From Blattabacterium cuenoti (lineage in GTDB: Bacteria > Bacteroidota > Bacteroidia > Flavobacteriales > Blattabacteriaceae): 32,000 nucleotides of DNA. The notes beneath the pieces were generated by a model that ran no database searches, was not told the origin of the DNA, and saw only the letters and a list, made by a program, of their open reading frames with translations. Location: assembly GCA_014251975.1 (NCBI GenBank), contig CP059204.1:210001-242000 (forward strand), in the 5' to 3' direction. The position numbers and the translations under genes were made by a program. Of this stretch, positions 8,869 through 19,694 are shown in pieces (position 1 is the first letter of the stretch; every line of letters begins with the position of its first letter).

Positions 8869-9863
8869 AATTCACTTTTAAATTGTTCAAGAAAACGAAT
8901 ATCATTATCTAAATATATTCTAATATCTTTTATATTATAAATTATTGAAGCTAAACGTTCTATCCCTAATCCAAATGCATATCCTGAATATTTATTTTCG
9001 TTAATACCTACATTTTTTAAAACTATTGGGTCTATCATACCGCAACCCATAATTTCTATCCATTTATTATTATGATATATATCTACTTCAGCACTAGGTT
9101 CTGTAAAAGGAAAATAAGATGAACGAAATCTAATCTTTATATTTCTTTTAAGTAAAGAATTTATAATAAAAAAAATTACTTCTTTTAAATCTAAAAAAGA
9201 TACTTGTTTATTAATATAAAAACCCTCTGCCTGATGAAATATATAATTTGAATTATGAGATATTGTTTCATTTCTATATACTTTACCTATAGATAAAATT
9301 TTAAATGGAGGTTTATTATTTTTCATATATCTTATTTGCATAGAAGATGTATGTGTACGTAATAAAATATCTGGATTTTTTCTCAAAAAAAAAGTATCAT
9401 GCATTTCCCTAGAAGGATGATTAATTGGTATATTTAATGCAGTAAAATTATGCCAATCATCTTCTATTTCATTACTATTCTCATAAGTATTAAATCCAAT
9501 ATTTTCAAGTATATCTATTATCCTATCTATTATTATAGAAATTGGATGAAGTGATCCATTTTCTAATTTTTCCCCTGGTTCAGTAAAATCAAAATTTAAA
9601 TTTTGTTTGTTTTCTAGTTTATTTTCTATTAATAGATTATTATTTTCTAATATTTTTTTTTTAACTTCTTTTTTTAAATAATTTATTTCTTTACCTAAAA
9701 TTTTTTTTTTATTAATGTCTATTTTTTTTAATTTACAAAACAAAAATTTTATAATACCTTTTTTTTTACTTAAAAATTTGTTTTTAAATTTTTTTAAATC
9801 ATATAATGTTTTTGGGTTAAATACTTTTATTTCTTCTTTAATTTTATCTATTTCATTATTCAT
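8865..9863 (-). CDS. pheS: Phenylalanine--tRNA ligase alpha subunit
   Basis: Motifs HPSREMHDTFF, LRTHTSSMQIRYM, FRSSYFPFTEPSAEVD and GYAFGLGIERLA. Confidence 0.95.
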   Translation of the reverse strand: MNNEIDKIKEEIKVFNPKTLYDLKKFKNKFLSKKKGIIKFLFCKLKKIDINKKKILGKEINYLKKEVKKKILENNNLLIENKLENKQNLNFDFTEPGEKLENGSLHPISIIIDRIIDILENIGFNTYENSNEIEDDWHNFTALNIPINHPSREMHDTFFLRKNPDILLRTHTSSMQIRYMKNNKPPFKILSIGKVYRNETISHNSNYIFHQAEGFYINKQVSFLDLKEVIFFIINSLLKRNIKIRFRSSYFPFTEPSAEVDIYHNNKWIEIMGCGMIDPIVLKNVGINENKYSGYAFGLGIERLASIIYNIKDIRIYLDNDIRFLEQFKSEF

Positions 9864-9902
9864 TTACAATATATTATATTTTTTAAAAGTAATTAATAAA
9901 TT

Positions 9903-10430
9903 ATGTTTATATTGGATTTAATTATATTTTTTTTAATATTATTTAGTGGAATAAATGGATATAAAAAAGGATTTATATATCAATTTTTTATACCTTCATT
10001 TTTAATAATTTCAATTTATAATGGGAAAAATATTTTCAAATTTATAAAAAAAATATTACAAAAATATTTTTTTTTATTTAAAAAAGATACAGACTGTCTT
10101 ATATTTTATTCTTTAATAATTACATTTTTATGTATTATTTTATATAGTATTTTAGTTAAAAAAATAATTAATTATTTTTTAAATATTTTATATTTACAAG
10201 AATTTGATAAAATAATGGGAGCATTATTAAATATGATAAAATATTTCATTTATATATCAATATATTTATTTTTCATAAAGATGATAAATGAAAAATTTTT
10301 TATAATTCCTGATAATTTATTAAAAAATTCTTTTGAAAAAATTTTTAAATTTTTTTTTATAAAAGAAAAAATTTTATTAAATAAAATAATGTATTTATAT
10401 TCTATATATTGTGATTATTTTAAAAAGTAA
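9903..10430 (+). CDS. cvpA: CvpA-family membrane protein
   Basis: N-terminus MFILDLIIFFLILFSGINGYKKGFIYQ matches the CvpA pattern. The protein is a multi-TM protein of 175 aa. Confidence 0.65.
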   Translation: MFILDLIIFFLILFSGINGYKKGFIYQFFIPSFLIISIYNGKNIFKFIKKILQKYFFLFKKDTDCLIFYSLIITFLCIILYSILVKKIINYFLNILYLQEFDKIMGALLNMIKYFIYISIYLFFIKMINEKFFIIPDNLLKNSFEKIFKFFFIKEKILLNKIMYLYSIYCDYFKK

Positions 10431-10436
10431 TTTATT

Positions 10437-12026
10437 TTATTTTTTTTTATTATTTACTAAATAATTTCTATAAACAAAATATATAACTAATATTAGTAAT
10501 AATAATAAAGCAAATCCTTTAAAAAAATATAAAAAAACGGATATTACACCAGAAATTGAAAAACCAATTATTGCAGTAAAATACCATCCTCTTATAACAT
10601 TTAATACTCCAGATACCCTATAAACTGCAGTTTCTCTATTCCAAGCACGATCTGATAAAGAAGTACCCATAGATACCATAAATGTAACAAAAGTTGTAGA
10701 TAAAGGTAACTTATTAACTGTAGCTATAGATATTAATATACTAGATATAGTAAGATTAGAAGAAGCACGAACTAAATCAAATGCTATATTCATATTTTTA
10801 TTTTTTATTTTAAATCTATCTTCTATTTTTAATAAAATTTTTTTTGGAAAATATTTAAAAAATATATTTCCTATACATATATATAATTTAACAATTGCAC
10901 GGGATATAGATTTAGATGTAAATTTTTCTTTACATTTCCCCATACTTTGTCTACTTAAATTAAGTTCTATACTTCTATTTAAAGTATTTATTTTTTTAGT
11001 AAACCATAAAGTTAATATCATAATTATCCCTGATAAAATTAGTATTAAATGTGGTATTTTAACTTTATTATGTTGTATAAGTTCACTCATTTTAAAAGTA
11101 TCTGCATTAGGATATCCTTCTTTCATCCATATGTTATACGATTGTACTCCTGCTACAGGTATACCTATAAAATTTACTAAATCATTGCTTGAAAAAGCCA
11201 TTGATAAAGAAAATGTACCATACAGTACTACAAATTTTAAAATATTGTATTTTAAGAATATAATTATTTTAGCTATAATTATCCAAATTAAAAATAATAA
11301 AAATAAAAAAATAATAATATGTTTATTCATAAGTTCAAAAAAAACTTTAATAAAAAAATAATTATATTTTGTAACAGATTCATAATATACAGTGTATATG
11401 CTATTAACAATTAAAAAATAAGTCATACTACTTAATGCAATTGATGCCCATATATAATCTATATATTTAAATCTATTTTTACTTTCAAAAGTAAATAAAA
11501 AACGTATAAAGTAATGTATAATAGACCCAGATATAAAAGATATAATAATAGATATTAACATACCTATACTAATATTTATTATTTTATTAATTTTAATATA
11601 TCTGAATATATAATAAAATGATTCATTATTAAATATAATTTTTAAAATAGCAATACTAAATGAACTTCCTAATAAACAAAACACCATTGATACTGTAGTA
11701 GAAGTAGGTAAACCAACATTATTAAATATGTTTAATAATATTATATCGGATATCATAACAGATAAAAAAATTAAAATAATATCTGAAAAGTAAAAATATG
11801 ATGGATTAAAAATTTCTTTTCTAGTAATTTCCATCATATCACTAGATAAAAATATACCTAATACAATACCTAAACTAGAAGTTATTATTATATTTCTAAT
11901 AGAAGAAGCTTTAGAACCTATAGCTGAGTTTAAAAAATTTACTGCATCATTAATTAAACCAATAATTAAATCAAACACAGATAATATAAAAAGAACTAAT
12001 ATTACTAAAGGATAAAAAAGTTCCAT
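10437..12026 (-). CDS. Inorganic phosphate transporter, PiT (PHO4) family
   Basis: Polytopic membrane protein with the duplicated PiT signature in both halves (NDAVNFLNSAIGSK and SSNDLVNFIGIPVAG). Confidence 0.72.
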   Translation of the reverse strand: MELFYPLVILVLFILSVFDLIIGLINDAVNFLNSAIGSKASSIRNIIITSSLGIVLGIFLSSDMMEITRKEIFNPSYFYFSDIILIFLSVMISDIILLNIFNNVGLPTSTTVSMVFCLLGSSFSIAILKIIFNNESFYYIFRYIKINKIINISIGMLISIIISFISGSIIHYFIRFLFTFESKNRFKYIDYIWASIALSSMTYFLIVNSIYTVYYESVTKYNYFFIKVFFELMNKHIIIFLFLLFLIWIIIAKIIIFLKYNILKFVVLYGTFSLSMAFSSNDLVNFIGIPVAGVQSYNIWMKEGYPNADTFKMSELIQHNKVKIPHLILILSGIIMILTLWFTKKINTLNRSIELNLSRQSMGKCKEKFTSKSISRAIVKLYICIGNIFFKYFPKKILLKIEDRFKIKNKNMNIAFDLVRASSNLTISSILISIATVNKLPLSTTFVTFMVSMGTSLSDRAWNRETAVYRVSGVLNVIRGWYFTAIIGFSISGVISVFLYFFKGFALLLLLILVIYFVYRNYLVNNKKK

Positions 12027-12104
12027 AAAAATTTTTTTTAAAATATAATTTTAATATTTTTTATAATATTCGAAAATAAAAATTAATAACTTATTTATTA
12101 TTTT

Positions 12105-12698
12105 TTATTTTCTTTTTAAAAACTCTTTTACTAGATCTTCAACAGAAGAATTAGGATTTTTTGTTAAAATATCGTCTATAATTTCTTTATAAATTTTTTT
12201 TGTAGTAAATCCTAAAACTTTTATAGCATTTAAGGCTTTTTTTTTTATGAAAATATTATTAATATCATTATTTTCTGAATTGTTTATTTTTAATTCTTTA
12301 TATATTTTATCTTTAAGCTCAATAATTATTTTTTTTGCAGTTTTAATACCAATTCCTTTTATTTTATTAAAAGTTTTTATATTTTCTTGATAAATTGATT
12401 TTTCTATTTCATATGGTGTAAGATAAGATAATAATATAATAGCTAAACTACCTCCTACACCATTTACTGAAATTAAATAAGAAAAAATTTTTCTTTCTTT
12501 CTTATCAAAAAATCCATATAAAATATGCTTATTTTCCTTAATAAATAAATAAGTATATATATTTACTATAGTACCTATTTTTGATAAAAAAGAATAAGTG
12601 TATGAAGATATATGTATAAAATATCCTATTCCATTACAATCTATTACTAAATAAGATTCATTTTTTTCAACTAATCTACCTATCACATGTGTTATCAC
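12105..12698 (-). CDS. ruvA: Holliday junction DNA helicase subunit RuvA
   Basis: N-terminal OB fold (MITHVIGRLVEK..NGIGYFI) and HhH motifs LISVNGVGGSLAI and IKGIGIKTAKKIIIELKDK. Confidence 0.9.
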   Translation of the reverse strand: MITHVIGRLVEKNESYLVIDCNGIGYFIHISSYTYSFLSKIGTIVNIYTYLFIKENKHILYGFFDKKERKIFSYLISVNGVGGSLAIILLSYLTPYEIEKSIYQENIKTFNKIKGIGIKTAKKIIIELKDKIYKELKINNSENNDINNIFIKKKALNAIKVLGFTTKKIYKEIIDDILTKNPNSSVEDLVKEFLKRK

Positions 12699-12720
12699 TT
12701 TATTACAATTTTTTTTATAT

Positions 12721-14079
12721 TTATTTTTTTCTAAAAAATATTTTTATTGGAACACCATAAAAACAAAAATTCATTCTAATATTATTTTCAACAAATCTTT
12801 CATAAGATTTATTTATGTACTTAGGATAATTTGAAAAAAATACAAATTTTGGTTTATATGATGGTAGTTGAGTACAATATTTTATAGTTATAAACTTTTT
12901 TTTTTTGTTTTTATTTATAGAAGATGGAGGATGTTTTTTAAAAATTGGTAACATTATTTTATTTAAAATATTTGTTTTCAATCTATTTTTTTTTAATTTT
13001 TCTATTTTAAACGCTGTTGGTATAATATTATTTATTTTATATTTTTTTTTAGCAGAAATAAAAATAATTGGTATATCCCAAAACGGAAATATTTTTTTTT
13101 TAATATAATTTTCATAATTTTTTTGTAATAAAAATAAATTATTTTTTTTGTAATAAAAATCCCATTTATTAACTAATATAATCACCCCTTTTTGATTTTT
13201 TTCAATCATCCTAAAAATGTCTATATCCTGTTTACCTAATCCTATACTAGAATCTATCATAAATAAACATATATCTGTATTTTCTATAGTTTTTGTTGTT
13301 CTTGACATTGAATAAAAATCAATATTATCTTTTATTTTTGATTTTTTTTTTAATCCTGGAGTATCATTTAAAACACATTCATATCCAATTTTTTTATAAT
13401 TTATATTTATAACATCTCTAGTAGTACCAGAATAATTTGTAACAATATTTTGATATTTACCCAACAATGAATTAATTAAAGTAGATTTACCAACATTTTG
13501 TCTACCTATTACTGAAATATTTGGTATTTTTTCATATGAAATTAATATTCTTTTTTTATTTTTTTTTAATAAAAATATTACTATATCATCTAACAATTCA
13601 GCTACTCCACTACCATTAGTAGATGATACGTAATAATAATTTTCAAATCCTAATTTAAAAAACTCTGTATCAGATATATATAGTAATTTACCATGATCTA
13701 CTTTATTTATAACTAAAAAAATAGGTTTGTTTTGTTTTCTTATTAAACTAGATATTTTTATATCCGATGATAAAATACCTACCCTAATATCTATTATAAA
13801 TAGTATTATATCTGACTCATTAATAGATTTTAAAATTTGATAATTTATTTCTTTATTTAATATTTTATCAAAAGTTGAATATGAATTATAATTGTCAGAA
13901 TATCCACCAGTATCTATTATAAAAAAATTGAACCCATTCCATACTAAATCTCCATAAATTCTATCTCTCGTAATTCCACCAGTTTTATGAACAATAGAGG
14001 TTCTTTTACCTAAAATTTTGTTAAATAAAGTAGATTTACCAACATTTTGTCGTCCTATTATAGATACGATACATTTCAT
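12721..14079 (-). CDS. der: Ribosome-biogenesis GTPase Der (EngA), tandem GTPase domains
   Basis: Two G domains (GRQNVGKSTLFN/DTGG/NKVD and GRQNVGKSTLIN/DTPG/NKWD) and a C-terminal KH-like domain. Confidence 0.95.
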   Translation of the reverse strand: MKCIVSIIGRQNVGKSTLFNKILGKRTSIVHKTGGITRDRIYGDLVWNGFNFFIIDTGGYSDNYNSYSTFDKILNKEINYQILKSINESDIILFIIDIRVGILSSDIKISSLIRKQNKPIFLVINKVDHGKLLYISDTEFFKLGFENYYYVSSTNGSGVAELLDDIVIFLLKKNKKRILISYEKIPNISVIGRQNVGKSTLINSLLGKYQNIVTNYSGTTRDVININYKKIGYECVLNDTPGLKKKSKIKDNIDFYSMSRTTKTIENTDICLFMIDSSIGLGKQDIDIFRMIEKNQKGVIILVNKWDFYYKKNNLFLLQKNYENYIKKKIFPFWDIPIIFISAKKKYKINNIIPTAFKIEKLKKNRLKTNILNKIMLPIFKKHPPSSINKNKKKKFITIKYCTQLPSYKPKFVFFSNYPKYINKSYERFVENNIRMNFCFYGVPIKIFFRKK

Positions 14080-14145
14080 AATTAAAAATTATTAATAAAT
14101 ATAATTTTTTTATTAATTTCATTACTAGATTAAAATATATAATTA

Positions 14146-14814
14146 ATGCGTATAGATGTTGTTAGTACATTACCAAAAGAATTTAAAAGTATTATTTATA
14201 ATTTTGTAATAAAAAAAGCTATTAAAAAAAAAGTAATAACTATTAAAATACATGATTTAAAAAAATATGGACTAGGAAAACATAAAAAAGTAGATGATTA
14301 TCCATATGGAGGAGGAGATGGTATGGTAATAAGAATTGAACCTGTATATAAATGTTTTTCAAAATTATTATCTGAAAGATATTATGATGAAATTATATTT
14401 ATGACTCCTGATGGTACAAAATTTTCTCAAAAATATGCTAATTATTTATCTTTTAAAAAAAATATTATTATTCTATGTGGTCGTTATAAAGGAATTGATC
14501 AAAGAATACGAGATAATTTAATATCCCAAGAAATTTCTATTGGAAATTATATTTTATCAGCTGGGGAATTAGCTGCAGCTGTAATAATAGAATCTATAGT
14601 TAGGTTAATACCAGGAGTTATAAAAAACAGAAATTCAATTTTAACTGATTCTTTTCAAAATGATTATTTTATATCTGCACCAATTTATACTAGACCATCT
14701 ATATATAAAGGATATAAAGTACCAGATATACTGTTATCTGGAAATCATAAAAAAATAAAAGAATGGATAAAATATAAGTCTATCAAAACTACAATAAAAA
14801 AATTAATATATTAA
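14146..14814 (+). CDS. trmD: tRNA (guanine37-N1)-methyltransferase
   Basis: Motifs MRIDVVSTLPKEF, YPYGGGDGMV, CGRYKGIDQR and SIGNYILSAGELAA. Confidence 0.93.
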   Translation: MRIDVVSTLPKEFKSIIYNFVIKKAIKKKVITIKIHDLKKYGLGKHKKVDDYPYGGGDGMVIRIEPVYKCFSKLLSERYYDEIIFMTPDGTKFSQKYANYLSFKKNIIILCGRYKGIDQRIRDNLISQEISIGNYILSAGELAAAVIIESIVRLIPGVIKNRNSILTDSFQNDYFISAPIYTRPSIYKGYKVPDILLSGNHKKIKEWIKYKSIKTTIKKLIY

Positions 14815-14998
14815 TTTTTTTATTGTAGTATTCACTAAATCATTTATTTATAATTTATAAATTATTTATTTTATAATAATAAATATATTTTTGTATTGTT
14901 AAACTTAAATTTATTTATGTATACTAATAAAGTAAATTATTAATATTTTTAAATTTTTATAAATTATATTTTTATATTTTTTTTTATAATAAAATACG

Positions 14999-16915
14999 AT
15001 GAAAAACAATACAACAAATTATACAGCAGATAGTATTCAATCTTTAGAAGGTATAGAACACATAAGAACTAGACCATCAATGTATATTGGAGATATAGGT
15101 AGCAGAGGGTTACATCATTTATTTTATGAAGTTATAGATAACTCTGTTGATGAATCTCTAGCTGGTTTTTGCAATAAAATATGGGTAACTATTCATAAAA
15201 ATGGATACATAAGTATTCTTGATAATGGACGTGGAATTCCTGTAGAAATACACAAAAAAGAAAAAAAATCTGCATTAGAAGTAGTTATGACAAAAACTGG
15301 ATCAGGAGGAAAATTTGATAAAAATTCTTATAAAATATCTGGTGGATTACATGGGGTAGGTATTTCTTGTGTTAATGCTTTATCTAAACATTTAATAGTT
15401 ACAATTTATCGTAACGATAAAATTTATAAACAAGAATATTTTAAAGGACAACCTATTTGTTCTGTAAAATATATTGGTGTAACAAATATTAGAGGTACTA
15501 AAATTTATTATATACCCGATGATACTATTTTTAGATCTATAATATATGATGAAAATATAATATATGAAAGGCTAAAAGAGTTATCATTTTTAAACAAAGG
15601 TTTGCATTTATTTTTTGAGGATGAAAAAAATAATATTAAGAATCATTTTTTTTCTAATAATGGTATAAAAGAATATTTACATAAATTAAATAAAAATAAA
15701 ATATCATTAATAAAAGAAATTATTTTTATAAAAGGACAAAAAAATACTACTATAATAGAAATAGCAATGTCATATAATACCTCTTTTAAAGAAAAAATAC
15801 TTTCTTATGTTAATTATATTAACACTAATGAAGGTGGAACCCATATTACTGGATTTAGAAGAGCATTAACTAGAACTTTAAAAAAATATATAGATGAGTA
15901 TAAAATTAATTCAAAAGAAAAAATAGAATGTACTAAAGATGATTTTAGAGAAGGAGTAACTGCTATTATTTCTGTAAAAGTTTCTAATCCTCAATTTGAA
16001 GGACAAACTAAAACTAAATTAAGTAATCATGAGATAGGTGGTATTGTAGATAAAATTGTAGGTAAATTTTTAACTAATTATTTAGAAGAACATCCTATTG
16101 AAAGGAAACAAATTATTGATAAAATAATTATATCAGCAAAATCTAGAAAAGCTGCTAAACAAGCTAGAGAATTAATTCAAAAAAAGAATACTATTAACAA
16201 TATTTTACCTGGAAAATTAGCAGATTGCTCTTCAAATAATCCCAAAAATTGTGAAATATATTTAGTTGAAGGAGATTCTGCTGGTGGTACTGCTAAGCAA
16301 GGAAGAGATAGAGAATACCAGGCTATATTACCATTAAGAGGAAAAATATTAAATGTAGAAAAAGCTATACAGTACAAAATTTTTGAAAATGAAGAAATAA
16401 AAAATATTTTTACATCTTTAGGTATTACTATTGGATTATATGATGACAAAAAAATTGTAAATATAGAAAAATTAAGATATGAAAAAATAATTATAATGAC
16501 AGATGCAGATATAGATGGTAGTCATATATCTACTTTAATTCTAACATTATTTTTTCGTTATATGAAACAATTAATAGAAAGAGGATATATATATATTGCT
16601 ACTCCACCTCTTTATATAATAAAAAGAGGGGTAAAATACGAGTATGCATGGAGTGAAACAGAACGAAAAAATATAATTAATAAATTAGGAGGAAGAAAAT
16701 CAGTTACAATACAAAGATACAAAGGATTAGGTGAAATGAATGCAGAACAACTTTGGGAAAGTACTATGAATCCTAATACTAGGACACTACGCAGAGTAAG
16801 TATAAATAATTATTTAGAAGCTGATAAAATGTTTTCTATACTAATGGGGGAAGATGTATATCCAAGAAGAAAATTTATAGAACAAAATTCTATTTATGCT
16901 AAAATTAATATTTAA
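14999..16915 (+). CDS. gyrB: DNA gyrase subunit B
   Basis: Motifs YTADSIQSLEGIEHIRTRPSMYIG, LHGVG, EGDSAGG, PLRGKILNVE and IMTDADIDGSHI. Confidence 0.98.
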   Translation: MKNNTTNYTADSIQSLEGIEHIRTRPSMYIGDIGSRGLHHLFYEVIDNSVDESLAGFCNKIWVTIHKNGYISILDNGRGIPVEIHKKEKKSALEVVMTKTGSGGKFDKNSYKISGGLHGVGISCVNALSKHLIVTIYRNDKIYKQEYFKGQPICSVKYIGVTNIRGTKIYYIPDDTIFRSIIYDENIIYERLKELSFLNKGLHLFFEDEKNNIKNHFFSNNGIKEYLHKLNKNKISLIKEIIFIKGQKNTTIIEIAMSYNTSFKEKILSYVNYINTNEGGTHITGFRRALTRTLKKYIDEYKINSKEKIECTKDDFREGVTAIISVKVSNPQFEGQTKTKLSNHEIGGIVDKIVGKFLTNYLEEHPIERKQIIDKIIISAKSRKAAKQARELIQKKNTINNILPGKLADCSSNNPKNCEIYLVEGDSAGGTAKQGRDREYQAILPLRGKILNVEKAIQYKIFENEEIKNIFTSLGITIGLYDDKKIVNIEKLRYEKIIIMTDADIDGSHISTLILTLFFRYMKQLIERGYIYIATPPLYIIKRGVKYEYAWSETERKNIINKLGGRKSVTIQRYKGLGEMNAEQLWESTMNPNTRTLRRVSINNYLEADKMFSILMGEDVYPRRKFIEQNSIYAKINI

Positions 16916-16926
16916 AATATTAAATA

Positions 16927-17733
16927 ATGAATTATTTTCAATCAATCATATTAGGAATTATTGAGGGGATAACAGAATTTTTCCCTATATCATCTACAGG
17001 GCATATGATCCTAGCTGCTTCTGCTATGGGTATTTTAAATCAAAAAATAACAAATTTATTTATTGTATCTGTACAATTTGGATCAATTTTATCAGTTATT
17101 TTTTTATATAGAAAAAAACTTTTTTTTCAAAAATTAGATTTTTATATAAAAATATTTATATCTACTATACCATTTAGTATAATTGGATATTACATATATA
17201 AAAATATAAATATTATGTTAAATAATCCAATAATTGTTTCTATATCTCTTATTATAGGAGGAATAATTATTATAAAAGCAGAAAAATTATATGAAAAAAA
17301 AAATATAAAAAATTTTAATAAAAATAAAAATAATTATTTACCAATTAATTATTATAGAGCATTAGTAATTGGATTATCTCAATGTATATCATTAATCCCT
17401 GGTATATCAAGAAGTGCAACTACTATTATATCTGGTATATTACAAAATGTAAGTAGGAAAGATTCAATAGAATTTTCTTTTTTTATTTCTATCCCAGTTG
17501 TAATATTTGCTACTTTTAAAAAGTTATATGATTGTTATTTTAATACAGCATGTAATATTTCTTCTTATGAGTTAAAATTATTATTATTAGGTAATTTAGT
17601 TTCTTTTATTACTTCAATAATAGCAATAAAATCATTTATTAAATATTTAAAAAACAACAATTTTAAATTATTTGGATATTATAGGATTATTTCTGGTATT
17701 TTATATATTTTTTTTATAATTTTCACACCATGA
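16927..17733 (+). CDS. uppP: Undecaprenyl-diphosphate phosphatase (BacA/UppP)
   Basis: Motifs [21 protein letters not shown] and [10 protein letters not shown]. The 3' end overlaps the 3' end of rpsP by 33 nt (convergent). Confidence 0.9.
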   Translation: MNYFQSIILGIIEGITEFFPISSTGHMILAASAMGILNQKITNLFIVSVQFGSILSVIFLYRKKLFFQKLDFYIKIFISTIPFSIIGYYIYKNINIMLNNPIIVSISLIIGGIIIIKAEKLYEKKNIKNFNKNKNNYLPINYYRALVIGLSQCISLIPGISRSATTIISGILQNVSRKDSIEFSFFISIPVVIFATFKKLYDCYFNTACNISSYELKLLLLGNLVSFITSIIAIKSFIKYLKNNNFKLFGYYRIISGILYIFFIIFTP

Positions 17734-18045
17734 ATTAAATTTTTTATTTGCATCTTCATAACTAAAAGCACCTTTTTTTACTCCTTCTAATAAATGTTTT
17801 TTTAATAATACACCTTTTTTAGAAAAAATTGATTTTACTGTATCCGTTGGAATAGCTCCTTTCATTAACCATGAAACAGATTCTTTTATTTTTAATTTGT
17901 AATATGGTGGATCTTCATTAGGATTATAAGTTCCCAATTTTTTTATAAATTTACCATCTCTAGGACAACGAGAATCAGATACTACTATATGATAAATAGG
18001 TTTATGTTTTTTACCTACTCTTTTCAAACGTATTTTTACAGACAT
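17701..18045 (-). CDS. rpsP: 30S ribosomal protein S16
   Basis: [42 protein letters not shown] matches the S16 N-terminal domain. A short C-terminal extension is present. Confidence 0.93.
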   Translation of the reverse strand: MSVKIRLKRVGKKHKPIYHIVVSDSRCPRDGKFIKKLGTYNPNEDPPYYKLKIKESVSWLMKGAIPTDTVKSIFSKKGVLLKKHLLEGVKKGAFSYEDANKKFNSWCENYKKNI

Positions 18046-18150
18046 ATATATAATATAAAACCAATTAATAATTTACATAATAAATATAATACATTTATAA
18101 TGTTTTTGAAAAAAAAATAATATATATTTACATATATTACTAGTATCCAT

Positions 18151-18221
18151 AGACTCGTTGTGTAATGGTAGCACAGCAGATTTTGATTCTGTTAGTTAGG
18201 GTTCGAATCCCTGCGAGTCTG
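18151..18221 (+). tRNA. tRNA-Gln (anticodon UUG)
   Basis: Cloverleaf folded by hand. Acceptor AGACTCG/CGAGTCT, D arm GTGT-AATGGTA-GCAC, anticodon arm GCAGA-TTTTGAT-TCTGT with TTG at 18183-18185, T arm TAGGG-TTCGAAT-CCCTG, discriminator G. No encoded CCA. Confidence 0.9.
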
Positions 18222-18236
18222 TTAAGTTATATACTA

Positions 18237-18268
18237 CTAGCTAGAATAAATGCTAGAATTATTTTTTT
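18237..18268 (+). terminator. Weak terminator-like hairpin after tRNA-Gln (CTAGC-10 nt-GCTAG, then T7)
   Basis: Stem at 18237-18241 and 18252-18256, with a T run at 18262-18268. The stem is only 5 bp and the loop is large, so this could be chance. Confidence 0.2.
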
Positions 18269-18304
18269 ATACTCTAATATGAGTTACAAAAAATTAATAT
18301 TGCA

Positions 18305-19693
18305 ATGAATAATATAAAAAAAGAAAAAGTCTTATTTATAGCTTTTTTAAGTGTTTTAATTTGTGTTTGTATCCATTTATTTAAATCTTTTTTAGAATTA
18401 AATAATATTACTCTAAGTATATTAAGATGTTTTGTTATTTTTATTTTTATTTCATATGCATTATTGAAAAAAGATTTAACAACTTGGATCTTATTATCTA
18501 TTATTATTGGAATAGAAATTGGATTAGATCTTCCAAAAGTCGCTGTACAACTAAGGTTTTTATCTCAAATATTTTTAAGATTAATTAAGACTATTATTGC
18601 ACCAATATTGTTTTCTACTTTAGTAGTAGGTATAGCTAGTCATTCTAATATTAAAAAATTAGGATCAATGGGATGGAAATCATTATTATATTTTGAAATA
18701 GTTACAACTTTATCTTTATTTATTGGACTTATTGCTATTAACGTATCTCAGGCAGGAGTAGGCATTTCTATACCATTAGATACTACAGGACAACAATTAC
18801 CAAAAATAGAAACTAAAACTTGGCAGGAAATGATTATTCATATTTTTCCAGAAAATTTTATAAAATCTATTTATCACGGGGATGTACTTCCTATTGTAAT
18901 ATTTTCTGTAATATTTGGTATATCTATGTTGTTTTTAGAAGAAAAAAAAAGGCATCTCATTTTATCTATTTCAGAAAATATTTCTGAGATTATGTTTAAA
19001 TTCACAAAAATTATTATGTATTTTGCTCCTATTGGTGTTGGATCAGCTATAGCTTATACTATAGGGCATATGGGTTTAGATATATTATATAATCTTATTA
19101 AATTATTGTTAACTCTTTATATTGCTTTATTAATTTTTTTATTAATTGTTTTATATCCTATTTTATTATGGATTAGAGTTCCTTTAAAATCTTTTATTAA
19201 AGCATTATCTGAACCTGTTTCACTTGCTTTTGCTACTACTAGCTCTGAATCAGCTTTACCTTTACTTATGGAAAATTTAGAAAAATTAGGAGTACCTAGA
19301 AAAATAATTGCATTTGTTATTCCTACAGGATATAGTTTTAATCTAGATGGAACTACTTTATATTTATCTTTAGCTACAGTTTTTGTTGCGCAAGCAGCTG
19401 GTATACATTTAAGTTTTAGTAAACAAATTTTTATAGGATTAACTTTAATTTTAACCAGTAAAGGAGTAGCTGGTGTCCCAAGAGCATCACTGGTAATACT
19501 TTTGGCTACAGCTGCTACTTTTGGTTTACCTAATTGGCCAATATTAGCTATAATTGGTATAGACGAATTAATGGATATGGCTAGAACTACTGTAAATGTT
19601 ATTGGTAACGGATTAGCTAGTTGTGTAATAGCACGTTCAGAAGGTGAATTAGATGATAAAAAAATGATAAACTATATTAAAAAAAATGAATAA
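18305..19693 (+). CDS. Dicarboxylate/amino acid:cation symporter (GltP/DctA, DAACS family)
   Basis: Motifs ATTSSESALP, GYSFNLDGTTLY, GVAGVPRASLV and DELMDMARTTVNVIGNGLA. Confidence 0.88.
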   Translation: MNNIKKEKVLFIAFLSVLICVCIHLFKSFLELNNITLSILRCFVIFIFISYALLKKDLTTWILLSIIIGIEIGLDLPKVAVQLRFLSQIFLRLIKTIIAPILFSTLVVGIASHSNIKKLGSMGWKSLLYFEIVTTLSLFIGLIAINVSQAGVGISIPLDTTGQQLPKIETKTWQEMIIHIFPENFIKSIYHGDVLPIVIFSVIFGISMLFLEEKKRHLILSISENISEIMFKFTKIIMYFAPIGVGSAIAYTIGHMGLDILYNLIKLLLTLYIALLIFLLIVLYPILLWIRVPLKSFIKALSEPVSLAFATTSSESALPLLMENLEKLGVPRKIIAFVIPTGYSFNLDGTTLYLSLATVFVAQAAGIHLSFSKQIFIGLTLILTSKGVAGVPRASLVILLATAATFGLPNWPILAIIGIDELMDMARTTVNVIGNGLASCVIARSEGELDDKKMINYIKKNE

Positions 19694-19694
19694 T

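Noticed and set aside
14886-14893. TATTTTTG match to the Bacteroidota -7 promoter motif (TAnnTTTG) upstream of gyrB
   Set aside because: There is no TTG -33 element at the appropriate spacing. In DNA this AT-rich, the motif is expected by chance many times.
14851-14967. 14-bp perfect palindrome TAATTTATAAATTA (14851-14864) and the 12-mer TTTATAAATTAT repeated at 14854 and 14956 in the trmD-gyrB spacer
   Set aside because: These are pure A/T low-complexity sequence. Such palindromes and repeats are likely by chance at this composition. It is noted only as a possible gyrB regulatory site with no supporting evidence.
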